Of a DNA stretch of 64,000 nucleotides, positions 18,347 through 27,400 are shown piece by piece (position 1 is the first letter of the stretch; every line of letters starts with the position of its first letter). The DNA comes from Patescibacteria group bacterium (GTDB lineage: Bacteria > Patescibacteriota > Minisyncoccia > UBA6257 > UBA9933). Location of the stretch: contig JBBTRV010000007.1 of the NCBI GenBank assembly GCA_038065035.1, positions 2,382-66,381 of the forward strand, in the 5' to 3' direction. A program made the position numbers and the translations under genes. The notes under the pieces are model-generated. The model had not been told where the DNA came from and ran no database searches. It saw only the letters and a program-made list of their open reading frames with translations.

Positions 18347-20446
18347 TTATTCTTTTATCGCTTTTAATGATAATCCAATTCTTCCGTCTTCGTCGGCTCT
18401 TATAATTTTGGCCCTTACGGTGTCGCCGACCTTAACAACGTCTTCCACTTTTTCCACAAAGCCGTTTTTGAGTTCAGAAACGTGAATCATGCCGTCTTTG
18501 CCGCCGCCTAAATCTATTATCGCGCCGAAATCCAGGATTTTAATTATTGTTCCTTCAACGATTTCACCAATTTTGAAAATGCGCGTAAGAGACTGGATAT
18601 AGCGGATGGCGGAAACCGCTTCTTCGCGTTTGGCGGCCGCCACAAATACCCGGCCGGTTTGCTCAATATCAATAGTATGAACGCCGGTGTCTTTAATGAT
18701 GGTATTGATAATTTTTCCTCCCGGGCCGATTACTTCGCCGATTTGCTCCGGCATAATATCCAAAGTCATTATCACGGGCGCGTATGGAGAAATTATTTCT
18801 CTTGGTTTACTGATTACTTTATTTATAGCTTCAAAAATTTTCATTTTAGCTTCTTTGGCGCGCTCAAGGGAATTTTTAATAATTTCAAAAGTCAGGCCGT
18901 CAATTTTAACATCGGTTTGAATGGCGGTAATGCCGTTAACTGTGCCCGCGACTTTAAAATCCATGTCGCCATAATGGTCTTCCAACCCCTGAATGTCGGT
19001 TAAGAGTTTATATTTGCCGTTTTCATTAGTGATTAATCCGATTGAAATTCCAGCTAACGGCGCTTTAATCGGAACGCCGGCGTCCATTAATGACATTGAA
19101 GCCGCGCAAACCGTTGCCATTGAAGTTGAACCATTGGAAGACAAAATTTCAGAAACAACTCTGATAGTGTAGGGGAATTCATCTTGCGAAGGAATAATGG
19201 CTTTGACAGCTTTTTCCGCCAGATTGCCATGGCCGATTTCACGCCTGCCAATACCGCCCATTCTGCCTGTTTCGCCGGTGGAATAAGGCGGAAAATTATA
19301 ATGGAGCATAAACCGGCGCTTGCCGGAAACTTCCATTGTTTCAACTAATTGTTCGGCACCCGGAGCGGCTAATGTGGTAACGGCCAAGGCCTGCGTTTCG
19401 CCTCTGATAAACAAGCCGGAGCCGTGCAAGCGTTTCAAGAGGCCGACTTCGGCGTAAAGAGGACGGATTTCATCAAGTTTCCTAGCGTCAGGACGCTTAT
19501 CTGATTCAAGGATGTTTTTACGCACCAGTTTTTTCATTTCTTTTTCAATCAAGTCGTCAACCATTTCCATTTCCATTACTGATTCCTGAAGCAAATATTG
19601 CTTTAAATTTTCTTTTAATTCATTAAGTTTGTTTTTGCGCTCGTTTTTGTCCGGACTGTAAATAACCGGATCTAATTTGCCGTTTAAAAACGCGCTGATT
19701 TTTTCAATAAGCTCGGGAGCTGGTTCAACTGCTTGAATCGCCATTTTCGGCTTGCCGATTTTTAAAGCGATTTCCTTTTGAAAATTTATAAGTTTTTTAA
19801 TTTCCGCGTGAGCGGTTTCAAATCCTTCAATTATTTCTTCTTCTTTGGCTTCTTTGCCAGAAAGCTCAATCATATTGATTTTATTTTCCGTGGCAGAGAT
19901 AAAAGCGTCAAAAGTAATTGGATTTTCTCCGTTAATAAATTGGGAATTTAATGGGTTGATTATTGTTTGATTATTTATTTTGGCGATTCTGGCTCCGACA
20001 ATAGGTCCTTCCCATGGAATCGGCGATATCATTAAAGCCATAGAAGTGGAAAGCAGAGCGATAAAGTCCGGGTCATTCTCTTCGTCGTAAGAAAGTATTG
20101 TTACTACAATTTGCACGTCGCGGCGCAAACGATGATCAAAAAGCGGCCGGATACTTCTGTCTATTAATCGGCCGGAAAGAACGGCGTTTTCTGAGGGCCG
20201 GCCTTCGCGCCGCACGAAGCGCGAGCCGATTATTTTTCCCGCGGCGTAAAATTTTTCTTCGTAATCAACGACTAGCGGGAAATAATCAATTTTTCTGTCT
20301 TCTTTTCCGGCAGTAACAGTTACTAAGACAGTGGTGTCGCCGTAGGTGCCGAAAACAGCGGCGTCAGCTTGGCTGGCTAAATCGGAAATTTCAAATGTTA
20401 ATTTTTGTTCCACGCAATCTATTGAAAATTGTTGTTTGTTTAACAT
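18347..20446 (-). CDS. pnp: Polyribonucleotide nucleotidyltransferase
   Basis: FPLVVDYEEK, RREGRP, HYNFPPYS, RREIGHG, GDMDFKVAG, KH and S1 domains. Confidence 0.97.
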   Translation of the reverse strand: MLNKQQFSIDCVEQKLTFEISDLASQADAAVFGTYGDTTVLVTVTAGKEDRKIDYFPLVVDYEEKFYAAGKIIGSRFVRREGRPSENAVLSGRLIDRSIRPLFDHRLRRDVQIVVTILSYDEENDPDFIALLSTSMALMISPIPWEGPIVGARIAKINNQTIINPLNSQFINGENPITFDAFISATENKINMIELSGKEAKEEEIIEGFETAHAEIKKLINFQKEIALKIGKPKMAIQAVEPAPELIEKISAFLNGKLDPVIYSPDKNERKNKLNELKENLKQYLLQESVMEMEMVDDLIEKEMKKLVRKNILESDKRPDARKLDEIRPLYAEVGLLKRLHGSGLFIRGETQALAVTTLAAPGAEQLVETMEVSGKRRFMLHYNFPPYSTGETGRMGGIGRREIGHGNLAEKAVKAIIPSQDEFPYTIRVVSEILSSNGSTSMATVCAASMSLMDAGVPIKAPLAGISIGLITNENGKYKLLTDIQGLEDHYGDMDFKVAGTVNGITAIQTDVKIDGLTFEIIKNSLERAKEAKMKIFEAINKVISKPREIISPYAPVIMTLDIMPEQIGEVIGPGGKIINTIIKDTGVHTIDIEQTGRVFVAAAKREEAVSAIRYIQSLTRIFKIGEIVEGTIIKILDFGAIIDLGGGKDGMIHVSELKNGFVEKVEDVVKVGDTVRAKIIRADEDGRIGLSLKAIKE

Positions 20447-20456
20447 AGTTTATATT

Positions 20457-20561
20457 TACAAATACAATCGCAAAAATTTTTCTTCAACTCGCTCACCTCC
20501 GCCAGTTGGCGGACTGCGCTTCCGTTTAGGTTTCAGAAAAAAATTTGCGATTGTATTTGTA
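20457..20561. repeat. Long hairpin upstream of pnp capped by the TCCGCCAGTTGGCGGA palindrome
   Basis: Perfect 18-bp arms TACAAATACAATCGCAAA/TTTGCGATTGTATTTGTA; central palindrome at 20498-20513. Confidence 0.85.
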
Positions 20562-20571
20562 TTGTTTAAAT

Positions 20572-21087
20572 TTATTTTTTTATTATCACTCTCGGCATTC
20601 TTTCCAAATCAATGAAAATATCAGCGGCTTCTTTCAGTTTTCCGGAAGTGTTTCTGCTGAAAGCCGCTACCTCCACTTGTCGGCCAAGCCCCCATTTTAA
20701 ATATTCTACTAATGGTACGAAATCGCCGTCGCCGGTGACTAATATGACTGCGTCTAAAAATCCGGCCATTCTGATGGCGTCAACTGCCATGCCGACGTCC
20801 CAATTGGCTTTTTTCATTCCGCCGGCAAAAATCTGAAGTTCTTTCATTCTAAGCTCAATGCCGGCATTTTCCAAAGCTTCAAAAAAAGCGGCTTCAGCCG
20901 TATCTTGCGCAGAGGCAGTATCGCTTTTAACCACATAGCCGATTGCCCTGATTAATGGGCGGTTAGCGGTAAGATTTTTAATGAGTTCTTTGTAATTTAC
21001 CCGGCCGCGGTATAAATTTTTCGCGCCGTGATAAAGGTTTTGCACGTCAATAAATATGCCGACGCGCTGAGATTTGTGAGTGAGCAT
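20572..21087 (-). CDS. NYN domain (LabA/DUF88) putative RNase
   Basis: FIDVQNLY, K.NWDVGMAVD, LVTGDGDFVPL, L...AD.F. Confidence 0.9.
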   Translation of the reverse strand: MLTHKSQRVGIFIDVQNLYHGAKNLYRGRVNYKELIKNLTANRPLIRAIGYVVKSDTASAQDTAEAAFFEALENAGIELRMKELQIFAGGMKKANWDVGMAVDAIRMAGFLDAVILVTGDGDFVPLVEYLKWGLGRQVEVAAFSRNTSGKLKEAADIFIDLERMPRVIIKK

Positions 21088-21353
21088 TATTTTTTCAACC
21101 CTAATTTCTTCACTACGCTGGTATAGCTTTTATTATTGGTCGTTGATAAATATTCAAGCAATCTTCTTCTCTTGCCAACCATTTTTAAGAGTCCCCGGCG
21201 GGAATGATTGTCTTTCGGGTTTTTCTTCAAATGGTCGGTGAGCTCATTGATTTGCTTGGTGAGCATAGCAATTTGAACTTCAACAGAGCCGGTGTCGGTT
21301 TCATGGAGTTTATATTCTTTAATGATATTTTGTTTTTGCCGTAGAGTCAGCAT
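21087..21353 (-). CDS. rpsO: 30S ribosomal protein S15
   Basis: [15 protein letters not shown]....KD.HSRRGL. Confidence 0.97.
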   Translation of the reverse strand: MLTLRQKQNIIKEYKLHETDTGSVEVQIAMLTKQINELTDHLKKNPKDNHSRRGLLKMVGKRRRLLEYLSTTNNKSYTSVVKKLGLKK

Positions 21354-21439
21354 CTATTTACGAAATACGAAATTTTACGAATATACGAATTAATATAATT
21401 TATTTAAAATAAAAAAGCAAGAGACAATTTAGTTTAAAA

Positions 21440-21530
21440 GGCTATTTTGCGACTGCTTAGCTGTTGCAAAATAGCCGCGATCTTTTGCGATGAATATTTA
21501 TTCGTTGCAAAAGACTCTCTTTTGCGACAG
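21440..21530. promoter_or_regulatory. Array of TTTTGCGA/TTGCAAAA half-sites upstream of the recombinase gene
   Basis: Inverted repeats at 21440-21476 and 21481-21514, plus a fifth half-site at ~21518-21528. Confidence 0.6.
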
Positions 21531-21550
21531 ATTTTTGGTATAATAGTTTT

Positions 21551-22456
21551 ATGGCTGATATTAATATTTTGCTTAAAAATTATCTTAATTATCTGGAAAT
21601 TGAAAAGAATCGTTCAGTAAAAACAGCGGCGAATTATGAGCGGTATTTGAAGGCGTTTTTTAAATTCGGCCGCATTAAAAATGAAAATGATATTACTATT
21701 GAAGCAGTGCGCGATTTTCGTTTGCATTTAGCGCGCCAGAAAAATCGCGCTGGCAAAGATTTTAAAAAAACCACCCAATCATATTATATTATCGCCATGC
21801 GAAATTTTCTTAAATATTTAATCAAAAATGATTACGATGTAATTTCGCCGGACAAAATCGAACTTCCGAAAATTTCCGAAAGGCAGATTGAAATTGTTGA
21901 ATATTCAGATTTAGAGCGTTTGCTTGCCGCGCCCAAAGGCGATGATTTGAAAAGTTTGCGAGACAAAGCGATTTTAGAGGTGTTATTTTCTACTGGGCTT
22001 CGTATCTCAGAGCTGTGTTCACTTAATCGTTATATTGATTTAAAACGCGGCGAGATAACCGTGCGCGGCAAAGGCGATAAATTAAGGGTTGTTTTTTTAT
22101 CTGACAGCGCCAAGAAAGCGATTGAAAATTATTTAAAAAAGCGCGGCGACGCCGAAGAAGCATTATTTATCAGCTTAACAAAAAGCAAAGCGTCAAAGGT
22201 TATTGGACGGATTATTTCGCGGACAGTTCAAAGATTGGTTGATTATTATAGCCGCAAAGCCGGTATTCCCAAACACGTGCATCCCCATACTTTAAGGCAT
22301 CTTTATGCCACTGACCTTTTAATCAACGGCGCTGATTTGCGTTCAGTGCAGGAGCTTTTAGGCCACGCCAATATCGCCACCACGCAAATATATACTCATT
22401 TAACCAATAAAGAACTTCGTGAAGTGCATAAGGCATTTCACGGAAGACGGAGATGA
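21551..22456 (+). CDS. XerC/XerD-family tyrosine recombinase
   Basis: STGLRISEL, GKGDKLR, HPHTLRH, VQELLGH...TTQIY. Confidence 0.92.
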   Translation: MADINILLKNYLNYLEIEKNRSVKTAANYERYLKAFFKFGRIKNENDITIEAVRDFRLHLARQKNRAGKDFKKTTQSYYIIAMRNFLKYLIKNDYDVISPDKIELPKISERQIEIVEYSDLERLLAAPKGDDLKSLRDKAILEVLFSTGLRISELCSLNRYIDLKRGEITVRGKGDKLRVVFLSDSAKKAIENYLKKRGDAEEALFISLTKSKASKVIGRIISRTVQRLVDYYSRKAGIPKHVHPHTLRHLYATDLLINGADLRSVQELLGHANIATTQIYTHLTNKELREVHKAFHGRRR

Positions 22457-22510
22457 CGAGAATAACTTGCAAGTCTTGTTTTATTTTTTAGTCTATTTAT
22501 AATTTTAATA

Positions 22511-22849
22511 ATGGAGCTGCAATTTGATGTTTCCGAAGAAAGTAAAAAGAAAGAAGATGTTGTTTTGGCGCCATTAGAACCCAATATTGAAATCAGAACA
22601 ATGAAATCGGATATTCAAGCGTTGAAAGAAAGCGGCGGATATTTAACCAATATTTCCGGAGAAAGCGTACCGCCGGTTGCGCCGCGCGCAGCGGTAGTTT
22701 TAAATAAGCCGATTTTTGTTGAAAATCAGAATCCCAAGGCATATAATTTGCCGGCTATAAAAATTATTATTATAATAATTGGCGTTTTAATACTGGCGGC
22801 GGCTGTTGGTTTTGGCAGTTATTATTTGGCGTCCGAAGTTTTTAAATAG
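22511..22849 (+). CDS. Hypothetical protein with a C-terminal TM helix
   Basis: ORF with an IRTMKSD motif and hydrophobic C-terminus; TATAAT 7 nt upstream. Confidence 0.7.
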   Translation: MELQFDVSEESKKKEDVVLAPLEPNIEIRTMKSDIQALKESGGYLTNISGESVPPVAPRAAVVLNKPIFVENQNPKAYNLPAIKIIIIIIGVLILAAAVGFGSYYLASEVFK

Positions 22850-22850
22850 T

Positions 22851-23186
22851 ATGTTAAAAAAAGATTTACAACAATTTAAAAATCATCTTGAGAAAGAAAA
22901 GAAAGAAATTGAAAGCGAGCTGAAGAAGCATAAAAATATGCAGCGTTTCGGAGGCACGGATACTTTGGATATTGATCAGGAAACCGATGAGTCGGAAACA
23001 TACGTAAACCAATTATCAGTGATGCAGACATATAAAAATCGGCTGGGAGAAATTAATTCCGCTTTGAAAAAGCTTAAAAACGGAAAATATGGCGTTTGCG
23101 AAAAATGCGAAAAAGAAATTTCCGCGAAAGTTTTGAAAGTGAATCCGGAATCAAGGCTGTGCCAAGAATGCAAAAAGAAAAAATGA
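22851..23186 (+). CDS. TraR/DksA C4 zinc-finger protein
   Basis: GKYGVCEKC.KEI...L..NP..RLC..C; ATG at 22851. Confidence 0.9.
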   Translation: MLKKDLQQFKNHLEKEKKEIESELKKHKNMQRFGGTDTLDIDQETDESETYVNQLSVMQTYKNRLGEINSALKKLKNGKYGVCEKCEKEISAKVLKVNPESRLCQECKKKK

Positions 23187-24715
23187 AAAATTTCTCCAAA
23201 GTTTATTCAGCCGAGCTTGAAGGAATTGACGCGAAAATAATAGAAGTGGAGACTGATATTAATGTCGGCCTCCACTCTTTTAATATTGTCGGCCTGGCGG
23301 ATAAAGCTTTAAATGAAGCCAAAGACAGAGTGAGCGCGGCTTTGAAAAATTCCGGCGTTAAGCCGCCGACGAAAGAAAACCGGAAAATTACCATTAATCT
23401 GGCGCCGGCAGACATTAAAAAAACCGGCTCTCAATATGATCTGGCGATAGCTGTCGGCTATCTTTTAGCAACTAAGCAGATCAAAGGTTTTAATACTGCT
23501 GATAAAATTTTTATCGGTGAGCTTTCTTTAGATGGCTCTTTGCGCCGCGTCAACGGCGGTTTAAATATCGCTCAAATGGCGAAAAAGAACGGTTTTAAAT
23601 TTCTTCTTTTGCCAAAAGAAAATGCCCCGGAGGCCGCGATTATCAAAGGAATCAATATTGTTCCAATAGGAGCATTAGATGAATTAATAAATTTTTTAGA
23701 AGAGCGGATTAGTATTAATTTTCAAAAAGACAGTGATTTGATTTTTAGCAGCGAATCAGCGATTGATATTTCCGAAATAAAAGGCCAGGAAAACGCCAAG
23801 CGGGCATTAAGCATTGCGGCAAGCGGCGGGCATAATATTTTAATGTCCGGTCCGCCCGGAGCCGGCAAAACAATGATGGCTCAGGCCCTAGTTTCAATAT
23901 TGCCTTATCCGGAACTGGAAGAAGCCGTTGAAATAACCAAAATTTACAGCGCTGCCGGACTTCTGGGAAATAAAAATTTTATTAATTTTAGGCCGTTTCG
24001 TTCGCCCCACCACAGCGCGTCTTTAGTTTCGGTAATCGGCGGCGGAGTCACTCCCAAGCCCGGAGAAATCAGTTTGGCCCACAGGGGAGTTTTATTTCTT
24101 GATGAAATTCCGGAGTTTCACCGCGATTTATTGGAAAGTTTGAGACAGCCTCTTGAAAGCGGCAATGTTTCAATTTCCCGAGCCAGGGGGTTTTTGAATT
24201 TTCCGGCAAGATTTTTAATGGTGGCGGCGATGAATCCCTGCCCTTGCGGTTATTTCAACGACTCGGCGAAGGATTGCCGTTGCAGCGCCAATGAAGTTTT
24301 TCGTTATCAGAAAAAAATATCTGGCCCGCTTTTGGACAGGATTGATATTCAAGTTGAAGTGCCGCGCGTAAAAATTGAGGAATTGAGAAAGGCAAAAACC
24401 GATGATTCCGGAGGAAAAATAAAAAGCAAAGTTAAAAGAGCGAGGGAAATTCAAATAAAACGCTTTGCGAAAACTCGGCCGAAAATTTATTTAAATTCGG
24501 AAATGAGTTCAAAACAGACTGATGAGTTTAGCAATTTTTCAGCTGACGCGGAAAGTTTTTTAAAAAATATCCTAGAAAAATCTTTTATTTCCGGCCGGGG
24601 TTATTATCGGTTATTGAAAATCGCCAGAACAATCGCCGACTTTGACGCAGAAGAAAAAGTGAAAAGTAATTATTTAGCCGAAGCGTTTCAGTATAGAGTG
24701 AGGGAGAAAGAATAA
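23183..24715 (+). CDS. comM: YifB/ComM Mg-chelatase-like AAA+ ATPase
   Basis: ITINLAPAD..K.G..YDL, GPPGAGKTM, FRSPHHS, PGEISLAHRGVLFLDE, NPCPCG; ATG 23183 coupled to the upstream stop. Confidence 0.92.
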   Translation: MKNFSKVYSAELEGIDAKIIEVETDINVGLHSFNIVGLADKALNEAKDRVSAALKNSGVKPPTKENRKITINLAPADIKKTGSQYDLAIAVGYLLATKQIKGFNTADKIFIGELSLDGSLRRVNGGLNIAQMAKKNGFKFLLLPKENAPEAAIIKGINIVPIGALDELINFLEERISINFQKDSDLIFSSESAIDISEIKGQENAKRALSIAASGGHNILMSGPPGAGKTMMAQALVSILPYPELEEAVEITKIYSAAGLLGNKNFINFRPFRSPHHSASLVSVIGGGVTPKPGEISLAHRGVLFLDEIPEFHRDLLESLRQPLESGNVSISRARGFLNFPARFLMVAAMNPCPCGYFNDSAKDCRCSANEVFRYQKKISGPLLDRIDIQVEVPRVKIEELRKAKTDDSGGKIKSKVKRAREIQIKRFAKTRPKIYLNSEMSSKQTDEFSNFSADAESFLKNILEKSFISGRGYYRLLKIARTIADFDAEEKVKSNYLAEAFQYRVREKE

Positions 24716-24726
24716 TAATTAAGCAG

Positions 24727-24865
24727 TAAAACAAACTGCTTTTTAGAACCAGAATAATTTTATTCCAGCGATAAAATTTTCTTCCCCCTCGCCCCGACGG
24801 CCCCCACTTTATTGGGGACTAAGCCCGTCGGGGCTACGGGATGTTCTTCAAAACAGTTTGTTTTA
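24727..24865. ncRNA. Candidate structured RNA/repeat element, copy 1
   Basis: Shares TTTTAGAACCAGAATAATTTT..TCCAGCG..AAAATTTTCTTC and CT.CGGGATGTTCTTCAA with 55390-55527; stems differ in sequence but still pair. Confidence 0.6.
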
Positions 24866-25558
24866 TTATTTCGCTAATGGGTTTTCCGCGCCCAAAACTT
24901 CAAAATGTAAATGGCATCCTGTAGGACCATGAGTGTTACCGGTATTACCCATATAGCCGATTAATTCTCCCTTACTGACATAATGGCCAAGAGAAGCAGA
25001 GATTTTTTCAAGGTGAGCGTAGCGGGTTTCCGTTTTGTTTGGGTGTTCAATTAAAATAAAAAGACCGTATCCCTCATTCCATCCTTCATTGCCGTCGCCT
25101 AATTTTTGGTCAGGAATAACAATTCCTTCGGCAGCTGCGTAAACCGGAGCGCCGCACCTGTTGGCAATGTCAACCGCGTTATTGTCATGGATAATTCCCC
25201 AATTCCAGCCGGTTGCGGGCGGGGAAAAATAAGAAGAGTTGCCCTTTTTTTGCTTTTTATATTCAACTGATGTTTTTTGAACAAGAGCATCGGAATATTC
25301 TTTAGAAGATTCAACAATCGGCGCTTCAGCGGACTCTTGAATATTTTGGGCGAAGGCGGGTTTCGCAATCACTGAATCATTGGAAGTATATTCTTGATTA
25401 TCTTTCTGGGGACCTCCAAGAATTGTTTGATCTTCGTCGTTAAAAGGCGCATTTTTATTGATTAAAGCGATATTGGCTATTAAAATAAGGGGAATTAAAA
25501 ATAGCGGCCACCAAATGGCGCTTTCTTGTTTGAACCAATGCTTTAATTTGTTTAATAT
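24866..25558 (-). CDS. M23 family peptidase (first zinc motif reads NAVD); N-terminus extends beyond the first canonical start (GTG 25372)
   Basis: YAHL, TGCHLHFEV. Frame is open to 25579 and includes a TM segment. The start at ATA 25558 is an inference. Confidence 0.75.
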   Translation of the reverse strand: MLNKLKHWFKQESAIWWPLFLIPLILIANIALINKNAPFNDEDQTILGGPQKDNQEYTSNDSVIAKPAFAQNIQESAEAPIVESSKEYSDALVQKTSVEYKKQKKGNSSYFSPPATGWNWGIIHDNNAVDIANRCGAPVYAAAEGIVIPDQKLGDGNEGWNEGYGLFILIEHPNKTETRYAHLEKISASLGHYVSKGELIGYMGNTGNTHGPTGCHLHFEVLGAENPLAK

Positions 25559-25565
25559 AGTACTA

Positions 25566-27374
25566 ATGAATCCATTATATCAAGATTTAAATAAAGAGCA
25601 AATGGAAGCTGTGGATTACTCAGGAGGCCCGATTTTGATTGTTGCCGGAGCGGGTTCGGGGAAAACAAGAGTTTTAACCAGCCGTTTGATGGCTATTTTA
25701 AGAGCCGGTGCGGCTCCGGATAGCGTTATTGCTATTACTTTTACAAATAAGGCGGCGGAAGAAATGAGGAATAGAATAACTAATGACTTACGACTAATGA
25801 CTAATAACACTAATTTTGTCACAAGTTATAAGTCATTTGTCATTAGTCCGTTTATCGGCACTTTCCATTCTTTTGGCGCGCGGATTTTGAAAAAAGAAGC
25901 GCGTTTAGTTGGTAGGGGCGCCAATTTTTCGATTTTTGACGAAGACGATGTGATGAAAGTTATAAAAAATATTGTTAAAAATTTTAATTTGCCGGCTGGC
26001 GGAAAAAATCTTTCACCAGTCGCTTTGCGCCGGGAATTTTCGCGCGTTAAAAATGAATTGGCGGATATTGAAGAAGAAAATAAAACAACAAAATATCTTT
26101 ACAAAGAATACGAGTCGGCATTAGTTGAAAATAACGCTTTTGATTTTGACGATTTGATAGAAAAACCAGCGAGATTATTTTTGGAAAACAAAAATATTCT
26201 TGAAAAGTATCAAAATCAATTTCAGCATATTTTAGTCGATGAATTTCAGGACACGAATATAGCGCAGTATTTTCTGATAAAACTTTTAGCGGAGAAGCAT
26301 AAAAATTTAAGTGTTGTCGGGGATGATCAACAATCTATATATAAATTCAGGGGGTCGGATTACCGGAATTTTTTGAATTTTGAAAATGATTGGCCGAAAA
26401 TAAAAGTCGTTTTGTTGGAGCAAAATTATCGTTCCAGCGGTAATATCATCGCCACCGCTTCGGCTTTGATAAAAAATAATAAATTCCAAAAACGAAAGAA
26501 TCTTTGGACGGAAAATTTGAAAGGAGAATTGGTGAAAATAATCGAATGCAAAAATGAAGACGAAGAAGGATTGTGGATAGCAGATAAAATCTCCAATAAT
26601 CCGCAACAATTAGTTGCTGTATTATATAGAACCAACGCTCAGTCGCGGGCGATTGAAAGCGCTTTGATTGATAAAGGAATCGCTTATCGGATTTTCGGCG
26701 GCATTAAATTTTACGAAAGAAAAGAAATAAAAGATATTTTGGCCGGCCTTCGCTGGGCCGCTAATCCTAATGACTCGGTGAGTTTGGAAAGATTAAAAAA
26801 AAATCTTTTGAAAGGACAATTTAAGGCTGTTTACGAGGGATTGTCAGGCTTGGCTGACAGGCTAAAGCCAACCGAGATGATTGATTTTTTCCTTGAAGCG
26901 ACTAATTATTTCACTCAATTAAAAAAAGAGTATCTGAATTATGAAGAGCGTTTTGAAAATATTCAGGAGCTGGTTCGTTTTGCTTCAAGTTTTGATAATT
27001 TAAGCGATTTTTTGGAAAGAGTGTCGCTTTTTCAATCAACGGATATTATAAATGATAAGTCAAAAGTCATAAGTCAAAAGTCAAATGTTTTTTTGATGAC
27101 CGTTCATTTGGCGAAGGGTTTGGAATTTGACGCAGTTTTTATCGCCGGTTGTAATGAAGGGTTGATGCCGCACCAGATGTCGTATTATAGAGACGAAGAA
27201 ATAGAAGAAGAAAGGCGTTTGATGTATGTGGCGATGACTAGAGCAAAAAAAGAATTATTTATCAGTTTTTATAATATGCCGTCAAGGTTTTTGTACGAAT
27301 TGCCGCCGGAACTCATTGAATTTACCGGCGAGCGGTCATTGGATGACGAAGAAAGATATATTAGCATTGATTAA
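25566..27374 (+). CDS. pcrA: UvrD/PcrA ATP-dependent DNA helicase
   Basis: AGAGSGKT, TFTNKAA, VDEFQDTN, VGDDQQSIY, EQNYRS, KGLEF, EEERRLMYVAMTRA; ATG at 25566. Confidence 0.93.
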   Translation: MNPLYQDLNKEQMEAVDYSGGPILIVAGAGSGKTRVLTSRLMAILRAGAAPDSVIAITFTNKAAEEMRNRITNDLRLMTNNTNFVTSYKSFVISPFIGTFHSFGARILKKEARLVGRGANFSIFDEDDVMKVIKNIVKNFNLPAGGKNLSPVALRREFSRVKNELADIEEENKTTKYLYKEYESALVENNAFDFDDLIEKPARLFLENKNILEKYQNQFQHILVDEFQDTNIAQYFLIKLLAEKHKNLSVVGDDQQSIYKFRGSDYRNFLNFENDWPKIKVVLLEQNYRSSGNIIATASALIKNNKFQKRKNLWTENLKGELVKIIECKNEDEEGLWIADKISNNPQQLVAVLYRTNAQSRAIESALIDKGIAYRIFGGIKFYERKEIKDILAGLRWAANPNDSVSLERLKKNLLKGQFKAVYEGLSGLADRLKPTEMIDFFLEATNYFTQLKKEYLNYEERFENIQELVRFASSFDNLSDFLERVSLFQSTDIINDKSKVISQKSNVFLMTVHLAKGLEFDAVFIAGCNEGLMPHQMSYYRDEEIEEERRLMYVAMTRAKKELFISFYNMPSRFLYELPPELIEFTGERSLDDEERYISID

Positions 27375-27400
27375 CAATTTAACAATTAAGTAATTAATTC

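Noticed and set aside
24727-24865. Hammerhead ribozyme reading of the two-copy element (TTGAAGA on the minus strand resembles CUGANGA)
   Set aside because: The first base is wrong, and no correctly placed GAAA or stem III with a UH site was found
25458-25565. 36-aa N-terminal extension of PcrA
   Set aside because: Homology starts at MNPLYQDLN, and the region encodes the TM segment of the divergent M23 gene
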